DNA from: a virus | Lineage: Duplodnaviria > Caudoviricetes | Virus record (IMG/VR): IMGVR_UViG_3300042319_002777 | Location: 1,086 to 65,085 of that record | Strand: one strand, 5' to 3' | Length of the DNA: 64,000 nt | Shown: positions 1-8,365 of the stretch, piece by piece | Numbering within the stretch: position 1 is the stretch's first letter | Layout of the letters: each line of letters opens with the position of its first letter | Program-made: the position numbers and the translations under genes | The notes under the pieces: model-generated | The model's database searches: none | What the model was told of the DNA's origin: nothing | The model's input: only the letters and a program-made list of their open reading frames with translations

Positions 1-260
1 GCGATGGTAAAGTTACGTGGCAGCTGCGACTTGACTCGCTGTCCGGCCCGTCCTGCGGTTTTGAATTTGCCACGCGAGCGTTGAATCTTAAGCGCAGCAA
101 CCGTTATGAAAGATGGTGTGTAGCTCAGCAGTTATTGCAATGCCGCCGATTACTCCGTGATCGCGTGCGGCAGCTTGACGCTGGACAGTCGGATCAAGAG
201 CGGTCGTTGGCCCACTACACGCGAATGCGCAACCGGGCGGTTTTAGAAGGCCGAAGGTAA
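1..260 (+). CDS. Partial hypothetical protein (5' end outside window)
   Basis: Open frame from nt 3 (DGKVTWQLRLD...LEGRR) to TAA at 258-260. Confidence 0.5.
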   Translation, partial: DGKVTWQLRLDSLSGPSCGFEFATRALNLKRSNRYERWCVAQQLLQCRRLLRDRVRQLDAGQSDQERSLAHYTRMRNRAVLEGRR

Positions 261-283
261 CTCGACCGGCGCCCCCTCCGTAG

Positions 284-293
284 CGGGAAAACT
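284..293 (+). promoter_or_regulatory. Putative late promoter CGGGAAAACT (copy 1)
   Basis: Exact motif 22 nt before ATG 316. Confidence 0.75.
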
Positions 294-315
294 GAGGCAC
301 GGCTTGAATGCCCCC

Positions 316-564
316 ATGCCCGACCGCTCCCCCACGCTCCGCCTGTTCCAAGGCCTCTGCGTCGCCGTGCTCCGCCGCGATGGCCCGGCAGCGCGGCAGG
401 GCCTGCGGATGCTCACAGCCGTGGCCGACGACCCGGAGGGGGAGCAGATCCTGCGGCTGCTGACCGCCAACCTGGACCCCGAGGGCCGGTACTGGCTGGG
501 CACGCTCCATGGGGCCCGCAAGGGCCTGGAAGATCCGGCGGCGGGAAAACTCAGGGCAGCCTGA
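316..564 (+). CDS. Hypothetical late protein
   Basis: ORF MPDRSPTLRLFQGL... at the motif-typical spacing. Confidence 0.7.
   Translation: MPDRSPTLRLFQGLCVAVLRRDGPAARQGLRMLTAVADDPEGEQILRLLTANLDPEGRYWLGTLHGARKGLEDPAAGKLRAA
542..551 (+). promoter_or_regulatory. Putative late promoter (copy 2)
   Basis: Exact motif 25 nt before ATG 577. Confidence 0.75.
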
Positions 565-576
565 CCCGCGCCGCCG

Positions 577-1080
577 ATGCTCGCCCCTGACCCCCTCTGG
601 CGCCCCACGGCCACCAGCACGCGCAACGATCGGGACCTGATCAGGACTTACATCGGCTGGCCCGCCACTGAGGGGAGCCTGGTGGAGTTGACCCAGCAGA
701 TGAACGCGGTCGCCACGCACAGCCCCAGCACCGTGACGCAGATCCAGGCGTGGCTGGACGAGATCGTGAACCTGGAGGAGATCCAGGCCGATGAGATCGA
801 CGCGGGCACTGCTCACCTCGGGAACGCCGAGGAATACGAAGGCCCGATCCCCGGCACCTCGCCCACGCGGGATGAGCAGCTGAATCAGGCCGGCAAGCTG
901 GCGTGGGACACCTCCCTCCTAAAGGCCCGCTACCGCTTTGGCGGCGGCGCCAGGGCCACGGCGCAGGGGCAGCGGGACGAGCGGACCCAAGCGCTGATCA
1001 ACCGGATCGCCACGGCCCTCAACGTGCCCCGGATCGCCCCGCAGGGGGTGAGCGGCGCGGGGATGTTGCTGAGGAGCTGA
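577..1080 (+). CDS. Putative head-tail adaptor/virion protein
   Basis: 167 aa ORF in the neck region, preceded by the late motif; function inferred from position. Confidence 0.55.
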   Translation: MLAPDPLWRPTATSTRNDRDLIRTYIGWPATEGSLVELTQQMNAVATHSPSTVTQIQAWLDEIVNLEEIQADEIDAGTAHLGNAEEYEGPIPGTSPTRDEQLNQAGKLAWDTSLLKARYRFGGGARATAQGQRDERTQALINRIATALNVPRIAPQGVSGAGMLLRS

Positions 1081-1136
1081 GCAGGGGCGCCATCGCCCGC
1101 CGCACCTCTGATCAGCACACCCTCACGGCCAAACCC

Positions 1137-1220
1137 GTGTCACACCAAATTGAAGGGTCCGAGCTTTTATCCAAGCGTGTCACCAAACATCGATTTAGGC
1201 GGGGAATTATTGAGGCGTGG
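1137..1220 (+). pseudogene. Possible truncated N-terminus of a cyanophage HNH endonuclease
   Basis: VSHQIEGSELLSKRVTKHRFRRGIIEAW resembles the leader before CAYCG in such HNH proteins; the Cys/HNH part is absent. Confidence 0.35.
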
Positions 1221-1234
1221 CCTGGCGGGTCCAG

Positions 1235-1244
1235 CGGGAAAACT
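1235..1244 (+). promoter_or_regulatory. Putative late promoter (copy 3)
   Basis: Exact motif 22 nt before ATG 1267. Confidence 0.75.
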
Positions 1245-1266
1245 GCAGGCAGTCGCTCACAGACCA

Positions 1267-1350
1267 ATGCCAGCAGGTGGAATGCCCTACTTCGGCGGGA
1301 TGCCCGGCAAGCCCAAGGCCGGCAAGAAGGCCGCCAAGCCGATGAAGTGA
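1267..1350 (+). CDS. 27-aa Lys-rich micropeptide MPAGGMPYFGGMPGKPKAGKKAAKPMK
   Basis: Has its own late motif at canonical spacing; GC3-rich codons. Confidence 0.65.
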   Translation: MPAGGMPYFGGMPGKPKAGKKAAKPMK

Positions 1351-1361
1351 GCCCAGGACCA

Positions 1362-1371
1362 CGGGAAAACT
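1362..1371 (+). promoter_or_regulatory. Putative late promoter (copy 4)
   Basis: Exact motif 22 nt before ATG 1394. Confidence 0.75.
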
Positions 1372-1393
1372 GCGAGCAGTAGACCCCGATCCC

Positions 1394-2746
1394 ATGGCCC
1401 GCGGCGGCAGCAGAGGCAGACGCACCAGCTATGCCCGCGACAACAGCGGGCGATTTGCCTCGACTCCCGGCGGTGGCCCCTCGAAGCGGAGCACGCCGGC
1501 CACCAGGCGAGCGGCCAGGCCCAAGGTCACCGGTGGCACCCTCGGGGCCCGTGGGAGCCTCCGCCGCAGCCGCGCCAAGCTGGCCGCCAAAGACCCGGCC
1601 GATCGCAGCCTGCGGGGATCGCTCAGCCTGCGGGCGCAGAAGGGGGCCGTCACCAAGGGCGCCAACCGGCTCGGGAAGGTGCGGGCCGCCTCCACGGTGC
1701 GGATGGCTCGGAAGGGGCCGGCGGGGGTGATTCGGAAGGGCGGGAAAGTTGCGGCCAAGCCTGTGGCGGCGGCCAAGTCAGCGGTGAGGGTGATTCGCCC
1801 CAATCGCCCCGCAATGCGGCCAGGGCCCACAGCCGATCGCGGCAAGATCAGCGAGTACGTGGGCGCGGTGAGAGGGGCCCGGCGGCGGCTCAGCAACGCC
1901 AAGCCAGGCACCGCCAACGCAGCCGAGGCAAAGCAAGGCCTCAAGGACAACCGGCAGGCACTGAGCCGCCGCATTCAACGGGAGCGGGGTGCTCGCCGTG
2001 GCCTGAAGCCGGCCACCTCGCAGCAGGTTCTCACTGGCACGGTTCCGGCGCCTCCTGCCAGGCGTATGAAGGCCGCACGGCCGGCGGGGACGGTGGTGAA
2101 GCCGAAGGGGTTGAAACCTGGGGCGATTGCGGGGAGGAAGGGGGCGAAGGCTGCTGCGGCCAAGCCCGGCAAGGCCAAGGCGGCGTCAGCGCCAAAGATC
2201 AACGGCAAAGAGTGGACCTCCTTGAGCCGTCTCCGGGGAGCGGTTCCATTTGATCGAGGGAGAGGGCAGACCGGGTACTTTATCCCTGGTTCATCCTTGA
2301 CTCCTGCAAAGCGAAATAAGCTAGGGCTAGGCGCATTTAAGTCGGAAGTTAGTGGAGGCAACTTCACCGCGCAAAGGCACACTCAAGGAAGTCAAGAGGG
2401 CTGGATTATCAGCCCAAGAACCCAGCGCGGCGAGACTCCTATTCAGATTCAGCGGGCCAAGTCATCCAAGAAACCGAAAACAGCAGACGACTTGCTGACA
2501 CAGGCAACACGAATTGAGGCCGTGGGTCGTCGTATGTCTCGGGCCGCCCGCACAGGCTTCAGGGATCGTCAGATTGAGGCCAGGGCCGTGCGTGCAGCAA
2601 AGGCGGCGAGGCAACGGGCCTTTGACATGCAAAAGCCACCATCCAAGGCCGAGCTGAAAAGACAGGAGCAACGGCTCAATTCACCGACCACCGCAGGGCT
2701 AAACGCTCGCATTGCGCGTGACTACGCCGCGAGAGGCCGCCGCTAA
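1394..2746 (+). CDS. Highly basic Arg/Lys/Ala-rich protein, RDNSGRF family paralog 1
   Basis: N-terminus RRTSYARDNSGRFASTPGGG; very few acidic residues. Confidence 0.8.
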   Translation: MARGGSRGRRTSYARDNSGRFASTPGGGPSKRSTPATRRAARPKVTGGTLGARGSLRRSRAKLAAKDPADRSLRGSLSLRAQKGAVTKGANRLGKVRAASTVRMARKGPAGVIRKGGKVAAKPVAAAKSAVRVIRPNRPAMRPGPTADRGKISEYVGAVRGARRRLSNAKPGTANAAEAKQGLKDNRQALSRRIQRERGARRGLKPATSQQVLTGTVPAPPARRMKAARPAGTVVKPKGLKPGAIAGRKGAKAAAAKPGKAKAASAPKINGKEWTSLSRLRGAVPFDRGRGQTGYFIPGSSLTPAKRNKLGLGAFKSEVSGGNFTAQRHTQGSQEGWIISPRTQRGETPIQIQRAKSSKKPKTADDLLTQATRIEAVGRRMSRAARTGFRDRQIEARAVRAAKAARQRAFDMQKPPSKAELKRQEQRLNSPTTAGLNARIARDYAARGRR

Positions 2747-2749
2747 CCC

Positions 2750-3220
2750 ATGCCCACCCCCTTCGCCCCTTTTGCAAACCTCCGCATCCTCTGGCGGCGC
2801 CCCACCGCAGCGGCTACCAGCCTGCGGGAGGGGCTGCAGCGGGCCACTGATCTGGTGGTGATTGAGGCCTTTGCTGAGGCCCAGGACCCCGGCGGCGAGC
2901 GGGAGAGTGGCGGGCGCTCCATCGGCTCGGGCGGCATCGAGGGCAACATCACCCGCTGGGCCGTGGTGCCATCCGGCGCCAACTGGCTGGACGAGGGGGG
3001 CGCTTGGAGTTGGACCGATACCGGCCTCAGGCCCACGGGGCTCCCCCGCGGCGAGAAGCTGGAGGCGTTCATGGGCGACCTGGCCAGCCTGCCGGCCACC
3101 ACCGAGTCGGAGCGCGGCTGGGTCACGATCGCCACCCTCTCGGGCGTGGGCGGGATCGATGCGGTGATCCGGGCCGCTGCAGGCGACGAGTTCACCGGCG
3201 CCTTTGCGGCGGGGCGATGA
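2750..3220 (+). CDS. Putative head-closure/neck protein
   Basis: 156 aa; position upstream of a gp10-like gene. Confidence 0.5.
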   Translation: MPTPFAPFANLRILWRRPTAAATSLREGLQRATDLVVIEAFAEAQDPGGERESGGRSIGSGGIEGNITRWAVVPSGANWLDEGGAWSWTDTGLRPTGLPRGEKLEAFMGDLASLPATTESERGWVTIATLSGVGGIDAVIRAAAGDEFTGAFAAGR

Positions 3221-3717
3221 GGGTCGCCACCAGGGCCACGGTGCGCGTGAACCCGGCCACCCTCGCCAGGGCGCAGCGGGCATCAGAGGCGGCGGCGCGA
3301 GTGGTGTTCCCAGAGCTGAACAGCGCCTTTCAAGATGCGCTGGGCACCAAGGCATGGGACTGGCCACGGGTGACCATGCGCGGGGGCGCCTTCCGCCGCG
3401 ATGGCAGCCGCACCAGGGGCCGCCCGGTGGGATCGCCCCGGAACATCGTGGACCTCGGCACCCTGCGGGCCAGCAACTCCTTCCAGATCAGCGGCAACCT
3501 CTGCACCTTCCGATGGGCCGTGGGCTATGCCACGGCGGTTCACTACGGCGCGAACATCCACCCCTGGGGCGACAGGACCCGCCCCCTCGTGAACCTGCCC
3601 GCCCGGCCCTGGACTTCGGCGGTGATCGGGACCATCAAAGTTCCCGGCATCGAGCCCTATGACTATCGGGCCCAATACCGGGCATCATTCATCCAAGCCT
3701 TCCGCAGCCTGAAATGA
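3217..3717 (+). CDS. HK97 gp10-like tail-completion protein
   Basis: PRNIVDLGTLRAS...YATAVHYG...PARPW motifs; ATGA overlap with the previous gene. Confidence 0.65.
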   Translation: MRVATRATVRVNPATLARAQRASEAAARVVFPELNSAFQDALGTKAWDWPRVTMRGGAFRRDGSRTRGRPVGSPRNIVDLGTLRASNSFQISGNLCTFRWAVGYATAVHYGANIHPWGDRTRPLVNLPARPWTSAVIGTIKVPGIEPYDYRAQYRASFIQAFRSLK

Positions 3718-4490
3718 CCTTTGATCTCCTCCCCTGGGAAACCGCCCCCCAGGCCCCCGAGCAGGCCGCCGCCACGATCGAGTGGAACGGCGGGGAAATG
3801 ACCGTCCCCCGGCTGGGCTACCTCACTGTGGACGAGATGCAGGGGATCCGGGAGATTGACCCACAGAACGCCCTTTATCGCCTGATCACCGCCGCTGCGG
3901 TGGCCCTCAGCCAGGCCGCCCCCGATCACACTGCCCACTGGTGCTACGGCCTGCTCACCCGCCTGCTGGCCCAGGAGCAGGGCGCCAGCATCGGCCGGAT
4001 GAGCCCCGAGGAAGAGGCGGTGCAGGTGCTTTACGCCGGGATCATCGGCCCCTTCCTGGAGCAGGCCAGAGCCATCACCAACCGTGTCGTGATTCGGTCC
4101 GTCACCGTGATCCTGAACCGGATCAAGCCCGCCTGGACCGACGAGCAGACCCGCAGGCTCCCCGCCCCCCTGCTGGGGATCCTCCACGCCTTTGAGCAGG
4201 AGGAGGAGCGGGCCGGCGCTGGCCTGCAGCAGGACCCGGCGGCCGAGATGCGGGCGCTGGAGGAGGCGCTGGGAAAGTTGCAGGAGGTCAGCAGCTCGAT
4301 TGCGACCGACCCGACTGGGCCCGAGCCTTCTGGGACTGCCGCAGATTCTGGCCCGGAGCTCCAGAGTTCAGCCGCGAGCGCTTCGGGAAGCTCCCCGCCG
4401 GCTATGTCCTCCAGGCCCTCCAGGCGGGCCACGCCGCCGAACGCGAAAGGCTTCACCGGGAAGAGAAAGGCGTCGCCCAAATCGCCCTGA
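3714..4490 (+). CDS. Tail assembly chaperone (gpG-like), zero-frame product
   Basis: Contains the in-frame slippery G GGA AAG at 4271-4277; low-complexity tail after the site. Confidence 0.65.
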   Translation: MTFDLLPWETAPQAPEQAAATIEWNGGEMTVPRLGYLTVDEMQGIREIDPQNALYRLITAAAVALSQAAPDHTAHWCYGLLTRLLAQEQGASIGRMSPEEEAVQVLYAGIIGPFLEQARAITNRVVIRSVTVILNRIKPAWTDEQTRRLPAPLLGILHAFEQEEERAGAGLQQDPAAEMRALEEALGKLQEVSSSIATDPTGPEPSGTAADSGPELQSSAASASGSSPPAMSSRPSRRATPPNAKGFTGKRKASPKSP

Positions 4491-4951
4491 TCCTCGCCGA
4501 GACCAACCGCAATCGCGAAGCCCAGCCCGAGCCCTACAGCCTCCGGGACTTCTGCTTCTGGGTGGAGGTAGCCGAGAAGCCGCGCCCCCCGAGCGAGGCC
4601 GGCGCCGCCCTGCTGGAGCTACTGGAGCGCAACCTCCTGCCGGGGTTCGTGCTCGACGGCCCATGGCTGGCCGACCTGGAGGCCCAGGGCCGTGGCGTCA
4701 CCCCGCCGCCGCGGCTGTGTTGGGCGGCCGAGGATGCGATCCTCCTAGCCCCCTATCGGGTGGATGCAGGCCACTGGGGCGGATTCCTCGTGGCCCAGGC
4801 CAGTGCCGCGGGCCGAGTGCGGGAGTTCGCCTCTGAGGCCGGCGAGGTCGTGGCCCTGCGGGTGCCCGCCGATGCGGTGCCGGGGCGATCGTTTACCGCT
4901 GCCCAGGCCGGCGCGGTGCTGGTGCTGGCGAGCCGGGAAAACTCCAGGTAG
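4271..4951 (+). CDS. gpT-like -1 frameshift extension of the tail chaperone
   Basis: The -1 frame is open from the GGGAAAG heptamer (GKVAGGQQLDCDRPDWARAFW...) to TAG 4951. Confidence 0.7.
   Translation, partial: GKVAGGQQLDCDRPDWARAFWDCRRFWPGAPEFSRERFGKLPAGYVLQALQAGHAAERERLHREEKGVAQIALILAETNRNREAQPEPYSLRDFCFWVEVAEKPRPPSEAGAALLELLERNLLPGFVLDGPWLADLEAQGRGVTPPPRLCWAAEDAILLAPYRVDAGHWGGFLVAQASAAGRVREFASEAGEVVALRVPADAVPGRSFTAAQAGAVLVLASRENSR
4934..4943 (+). promoter_or_regulatory. Putative late promoter (copy 5)
   Basis: Exact motif 25 nt before ATG 4969. Confidence 0.75.
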
Positions 4952-4968
4952 AGAAACACCCCCTGGCC

Positions 4969-5835
4969 ATGCCCTCGACCGTTGATTACGCCGCCGCGCT
5001 GGATATCCAGCATTTCATCGTCCCAATGCGACTCGCATCCGTGGCACTGGAAGATGCCGCCGCCGCCGCCGCCAACAACGGTGCGAACCTCAGCGCCTGG
5101 CTGAACACCGCCAACGCGATCAGCGGCGCCGGGGCTGTGAGCACCAGCGGGGAGGCCTCCACCTTCCAGCTGAGCGTGAACGGCGTGGTCCTCACAGTCA
5201 GCAATGCGGCGCTCGCCACCAACGTGGTGACCCTGACCCTCAACGCCGCTGCTGGCGCGCTCGTGGGTGATCGGATCACCGTGGCCGCCCTTCCGAGCCC
5301 CTTCGCGAGCTGTAACGGCACCTTCACCGTGACGGGGGTTACCACCGCCTCTCCCTTCACCGTGAGCTACGCCCTCACCGGCGCCAACATCACCTCGGCC
5401 GCCGTTGCCGCTGGCACCGTGACCACGGGCCTCTACCCCTTGGATGGAACCGGCAAGCCGATCCAGCTCCTCAACGTCACCGGCGCCCCCCTCTCGACGC
5501 AGGAACAGGACGAGAAGGTTCTCACGCACGATCAGGTAACCCGCGGCGCTTCAATCTCTATCGGAATCAATTCCGACTCCAGCATCGCTTTTAAGGGCAT
5601 GACCGTGCATAAATCGGTAGATCACAAGATCATGGAGGTCATTCGTCAGTTAGGTGTTGCCGAGAAGCTCGCCGTTAAGTATCTGCGGGTCGGACCTGGC
5701 GGCACCACTGAGAAGAAGCTGTGCTACGGCCGAATCACATCCAAGCAAGAGGAGGGCGATGCAGGCGCTCTGGTGAAGTACGGCGCCAGCCTGATGGTGC
5801 TGGGCCAGGTTCACACCATCTACGACAACGCCTGA
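4969..5835 (+). CDS. Major tail tube protein with an inserted beta-rich domain
   Basis: 288 aa; tube-like C-terminal half; Ala/Thr/Val-rich insert (VGDRITVA...NGTFTVT). Confidence 0.65.
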   Translation: MPSTVDYAAALDIQHFIVPMRLASVALEDAAAAAANNGANLSAWLNTANAISGAGAVSTSGEASTFQLSVNGVVLTVSNAALATNVVTLTLNAAAGALVGDRITVAALPSPFASCNGTFTVTGVTTASPFTVSYALTGANITSAAVAAGTVTTGLYPLDGTGKPIQLLNVTGAPLSTQEQDEKVLTHDQVTRGASISIGINSDSSIAFKGMTVHKSVDHKIMEVIRQLGVAEKLAVKYLRVGPGGTTEKKLCYGRITSKQEEGDAGALVKYGASLMVLGQVHTIYDNA

Positions 5836-5836
5836 A

Positions 5837-6007
5837 GTGGATATTGACGGTCAGGTGCATTTGGTGGTCTCAGACAGCCGGCCAGGGCAGCGCCTGTGGC
5901 GCGTCTGCTCCGGTGGCTCCTGCCTGGTGCATCGGAGCCTCGGGGTGGTGATGGGGCACTACCGGGCGCTGCTGATCAGCCAGGGACGAGAGGTTGGCGA
6001 GGGGTGA
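5837..6007 (+). CDS. Small hypothetical protein (56 aa)
   Basis: GTG-start ORF filling the gap up to the terminator. Confidence 0.45.
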   Translation: MDIDGQVHLVVSDSRPGQRLWRVCSGGSCLVHRSLGVVMGHYRALLISQGREVGEG

Positions 6008-6012
6008 GCATG

Positions 6013-6046
6013 AAAAAGCCCAGGGGTTCTGACTCCCCTGGGCTTT
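6013..6046. terminator. Bidirectional intrinsic terminator
   Basis: AAAAAGCCCAGGGG-ttctgact-CCCCTGGGCTTT between convergent genes. Confidence 0.85.
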
Positions 6047-6072
6047 GTTGAAGCATCCCGCAGTAGTCTAGG

Positions 6073-6612
6073 TCAAAACTTGGAATCGGGCAGCAGCTTC
6101 AGCAAGGCAAGGCACTCGGCCTGATCGGCAAAAAACCCGTCCCTCAGCCGCACTTTCGATAGCGGAAGATGGTGCTCGCCCGCACCTGTATTCTGAGCAA
6201 GCTCGTGTGCGCTGTCTGCCGCGACACTCAGCGCCTGCCGGATCCGATTCAGCGTGCCCTCCTCAATTGACAGGCAAACCGGCGGAATGTCCACGCTGGA
6301 AGAGGGAGTTAGCCCAATGCCTTGACAATCGGGGCTCTGATAAACCGGGGGAGCACCCTCTTGCGCTGTAGGCGGTGGTGGGGCGTGGAGGTTGTTGGCC
6401 ATTTCCAGGATTCGATGTGTGCCGATGTTCATGCTGTATCCAGGGAAGGCATGGTAACCCACCTCACGCAGGAAGGCGGCAAGGCCGCGTCGGTTGTTTG
6501 GGTGAAAAAGGTATCCCTCAACTAGGCCCCTTGAGACTGAGGCATTGCAAAGGGCGTCGCCCGCCCTCAATACTTCCGGCTTCAGATCCGGGAACTCAAT
6601 ATGCTTGGCCAT
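6073..6612 (-). CDS. Hypothetical protein, paralog of 34365-34718
   Basis: Shares HxEFP, RRxLAAFLRE and ANNLHxPPPP motifs. Confidence 0.7.
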   Translation of the reverse strand: MAKHIEFPDLKPEVLRAGDALCNASVSRGLVEGYLFHPNNRRGLAAFLREVGYHAFPGYSMNIGTHRILEMANNLHAPPPPTAQEGAPPVYQSPDCQGIGLTPSSSVDIPPVCLSIEEGTLNRIRQALSVAADSAHELAQNTGAGEHHLPLSKVRLRDGFFADQAECLALLKLLPDSKF

Positions 6613-6642
6613 GATGCGTCTCCGTGGCAATAGTGATGGGGA

Positions 6643-6924
6643 TCAGGACAGGGGCGACCCAGCCCGCTCCAGTCTTCTCAGCCCGTCGCTCAGCAGGCCC
6701 TCCGCCAGCTGGTCAACGGTGACCCCCTGCACGGCGGCCATCGCCTCCAGCCGCTCCACCTCGTCGGGAGAGAGATCAACCAGCAGCTCGGCCATGGGGT
6801 CCTCCTCCCTCCACAGGCTGTAGAACCAGGCGCCGCAGGCGAAAGCCTGCAGCACTATCAGGGTGAGCGCGATGGCCTTGAGGGTGTCCATGTGATCTGG
6901 AAATGGGTGATGATTCGGGTGCAT
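6643..6924 (-). CDS. Small membrane protein with a possible RHH-like C-terminus
   Basis: N-terminal hydrophobic helix; VDLSPDEVERLEAMAAVQGVTV. Confidence 0.55.
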   Translation of the reverse strand: MHPNHHPFPDHMDTLKAIALTLIVLQAFACGAWFYSLWREEDPMAELLVDLSPDEVERLEAMAAVQGVTVDQLAEGLLSDGLRRLERAGSPLS

Positions 6925-7093
6925 CCTAGATCAGGATAGGGACAGTGCAACCGCGCAGCATCTGTGCTTGCACTGGGCGATCTGGGATAACCTGCTGCGG
7001 TCCGGGTCGGCCCGAATACAACACCAGTCCCTGACTGGGAATCAAGGCGGGGGGGGGGGTGGTGTTCATGGGTTCAGCGGGGGTGGTGGGTGG

Positions 7094-7471
7094 TCATTCG
7101 CCTTTCTGTTCACAAGGTGACAGGTCGTAAGTTTTTGAAAGCATGAGTGCGGCTGCTGCGTACAAAACACCTGTGGCGTGTGTTGCCGATAGGTCAGTGT
7201 TGGCGCATTCTTTGAGGATTCTTTGCAGTAGATCGATTTCGGGATCCACGTAAGAATCCTGCGCAACCCTTGCCGTCTGCAGCGGCAAGGCGGCAATCCT
7301 CAGCGCCCAGTTCCCATCTGGTCGCTCTTGCCATTCCCCGGCGCGGATACTGCGCCCGCCATCGGTTTCAACCTCAATGAATCGGGGGCCTTCGGGTCCT
7401 GGCGGGCCATCAAAGATCACATTGATCGGCGCAAAGGTGTCCATGGGTTTTGTAGGTTGATGGGTGGTCAT
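7094..7471 (-). CDS. Hypothetical phage protein
   Basis: INVIFDGPPGPEGPRFIEVE...GEW small-protein-like motif. Confidence 0.65.
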   Translation of the reverse strand: MTTHQPTKPMDTFAPINVIFDGPPGPEGPRFIEVETDGGRSIRAGEWQERPDGNWALRIAALPLQTARVAQDSYVDPEIDLLQRILKECANTDLSATHATGVLYAAAALMLSKTYDLSPCEQKGE

Positions 7472-7498
7472 GGGGCCGTGGCCAATGGGCGGCGCTGC

Positions 7499-7780
7499 TC
7501 ACGCCACCGGCCCCACGCGATGCACGGCCCAGTAGGCAACGGGCCCTGCCTGCTGCAGCCTGCAGTCCAGCAGCTGGTGTTCCAGCAGCGCCGAGATGCG
7601 CCAAAGGACCGTGCCTTGATCGCACGCCCATCGGGCCTGCAGCTCCAGAGAGGTGATCTCCGGGATCAGGCCCGCCCGGATGCGCATTCCCAGCCATTGC
7701 GACAGATCGAGGCAGTCGAGCAGGGTGGTGGGCTGCACATAGGCGCGTCGTGCCAGCAGGGTGCGGACGAGATCAGTCAT
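7499..7780 (-). CDS. Hypothetical protein (winged-helix-like)
   Basis: Coupled ORF in the reverse operon. Confidence 0.55.
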   Translation of the reverse strand: MTDLVRTLLARRAYVQPTTLLDCLDLSQWLGMRIRAGLIPEITSLELQARWACDQGTVLWRISALLEHQLLDCRLQQAGPVAYWAVHRVGPVA

Positions 7781-7997
7781 GCCTCCCACCCCACTTCTTC
7801 CGCTGGAACCCCCGCACTGAATCCCGGCGCATCAGCACGTGGGGGCCACCGCCGATGGGGATCAAGCACACGTGACCCGGCAGGTCGGGCAGGCCGCGAG
7901 GGGTGTAGGTGCGGCCATCGGGCCCGGCCCAGAAGTCACCGAGGCGGAACCGATCGGCGCGAGGCGTGATGATCCCGGTGAAGGCGGTTTTTTTCAT
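7773..7997 (-). CDS. Hypothetical protein
   Basis: ATGA-coupled ORF MKKTAFTGIITPRADRF... Confidence 0.55.
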   Translation of the reverse strand: MKKTAFTGIITPRADRFRLGDFWAGPDGRTYTPRGLPDLPGHVCLIPIGGGPHVLMRRDSVRGFQRKKWGGRHD

Positions 7998-8365
7998 GGC
8001 CGACCCCCTTCGCTGCAGCAATAGGCCTCGCAGGATCGAGCCCAGTCGTGGTTGTCCGTCGCCTCGGGGAAGTGAAGACTGCAGAAGCCGTAGAACCTTC
8101 GCTCCGTGCCGCCCGTTGTGCGCCGATATGGCCTCTCCTCAAACAGGCGGCACGACCGGCACGTGCGAACGATGTCGGCCACGGGGATGCGTGGCAGCTC
8201 TGACGCATAGGAGGCCCACATCATGCCAACCCGCACACGGCGCACCGCCTCGGCATTCATATCCAGCCGGCGGCCGATGACCGCGTGAGCGATGTCGGCG
8301 GGGGTCTCCAGGATGGCCCTAGCGAGCGTCTCCCTGGTCGCGTCGTCGTAGGTGCGGCGGCTCAT
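7994..8365 (-). CDS. HTH plus Cys-cluster protein, paralog of 51850-52323
   Basis: EAVRRVRVG...PR...CRSC...C..HFPEA...A.SCEAY. Confidence 0.65.
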   Translation of the reverse strand: MSRRTYDDATRETLARAILETPADIAHAVIGRRLDMNAEAVRRVRVGMMWASYASELPRIPVADIVRTCRSCRLFEERPYRRTTGGTERRFYGFCSLHFPEATDNHDWARSCEAYCCSEGGRP

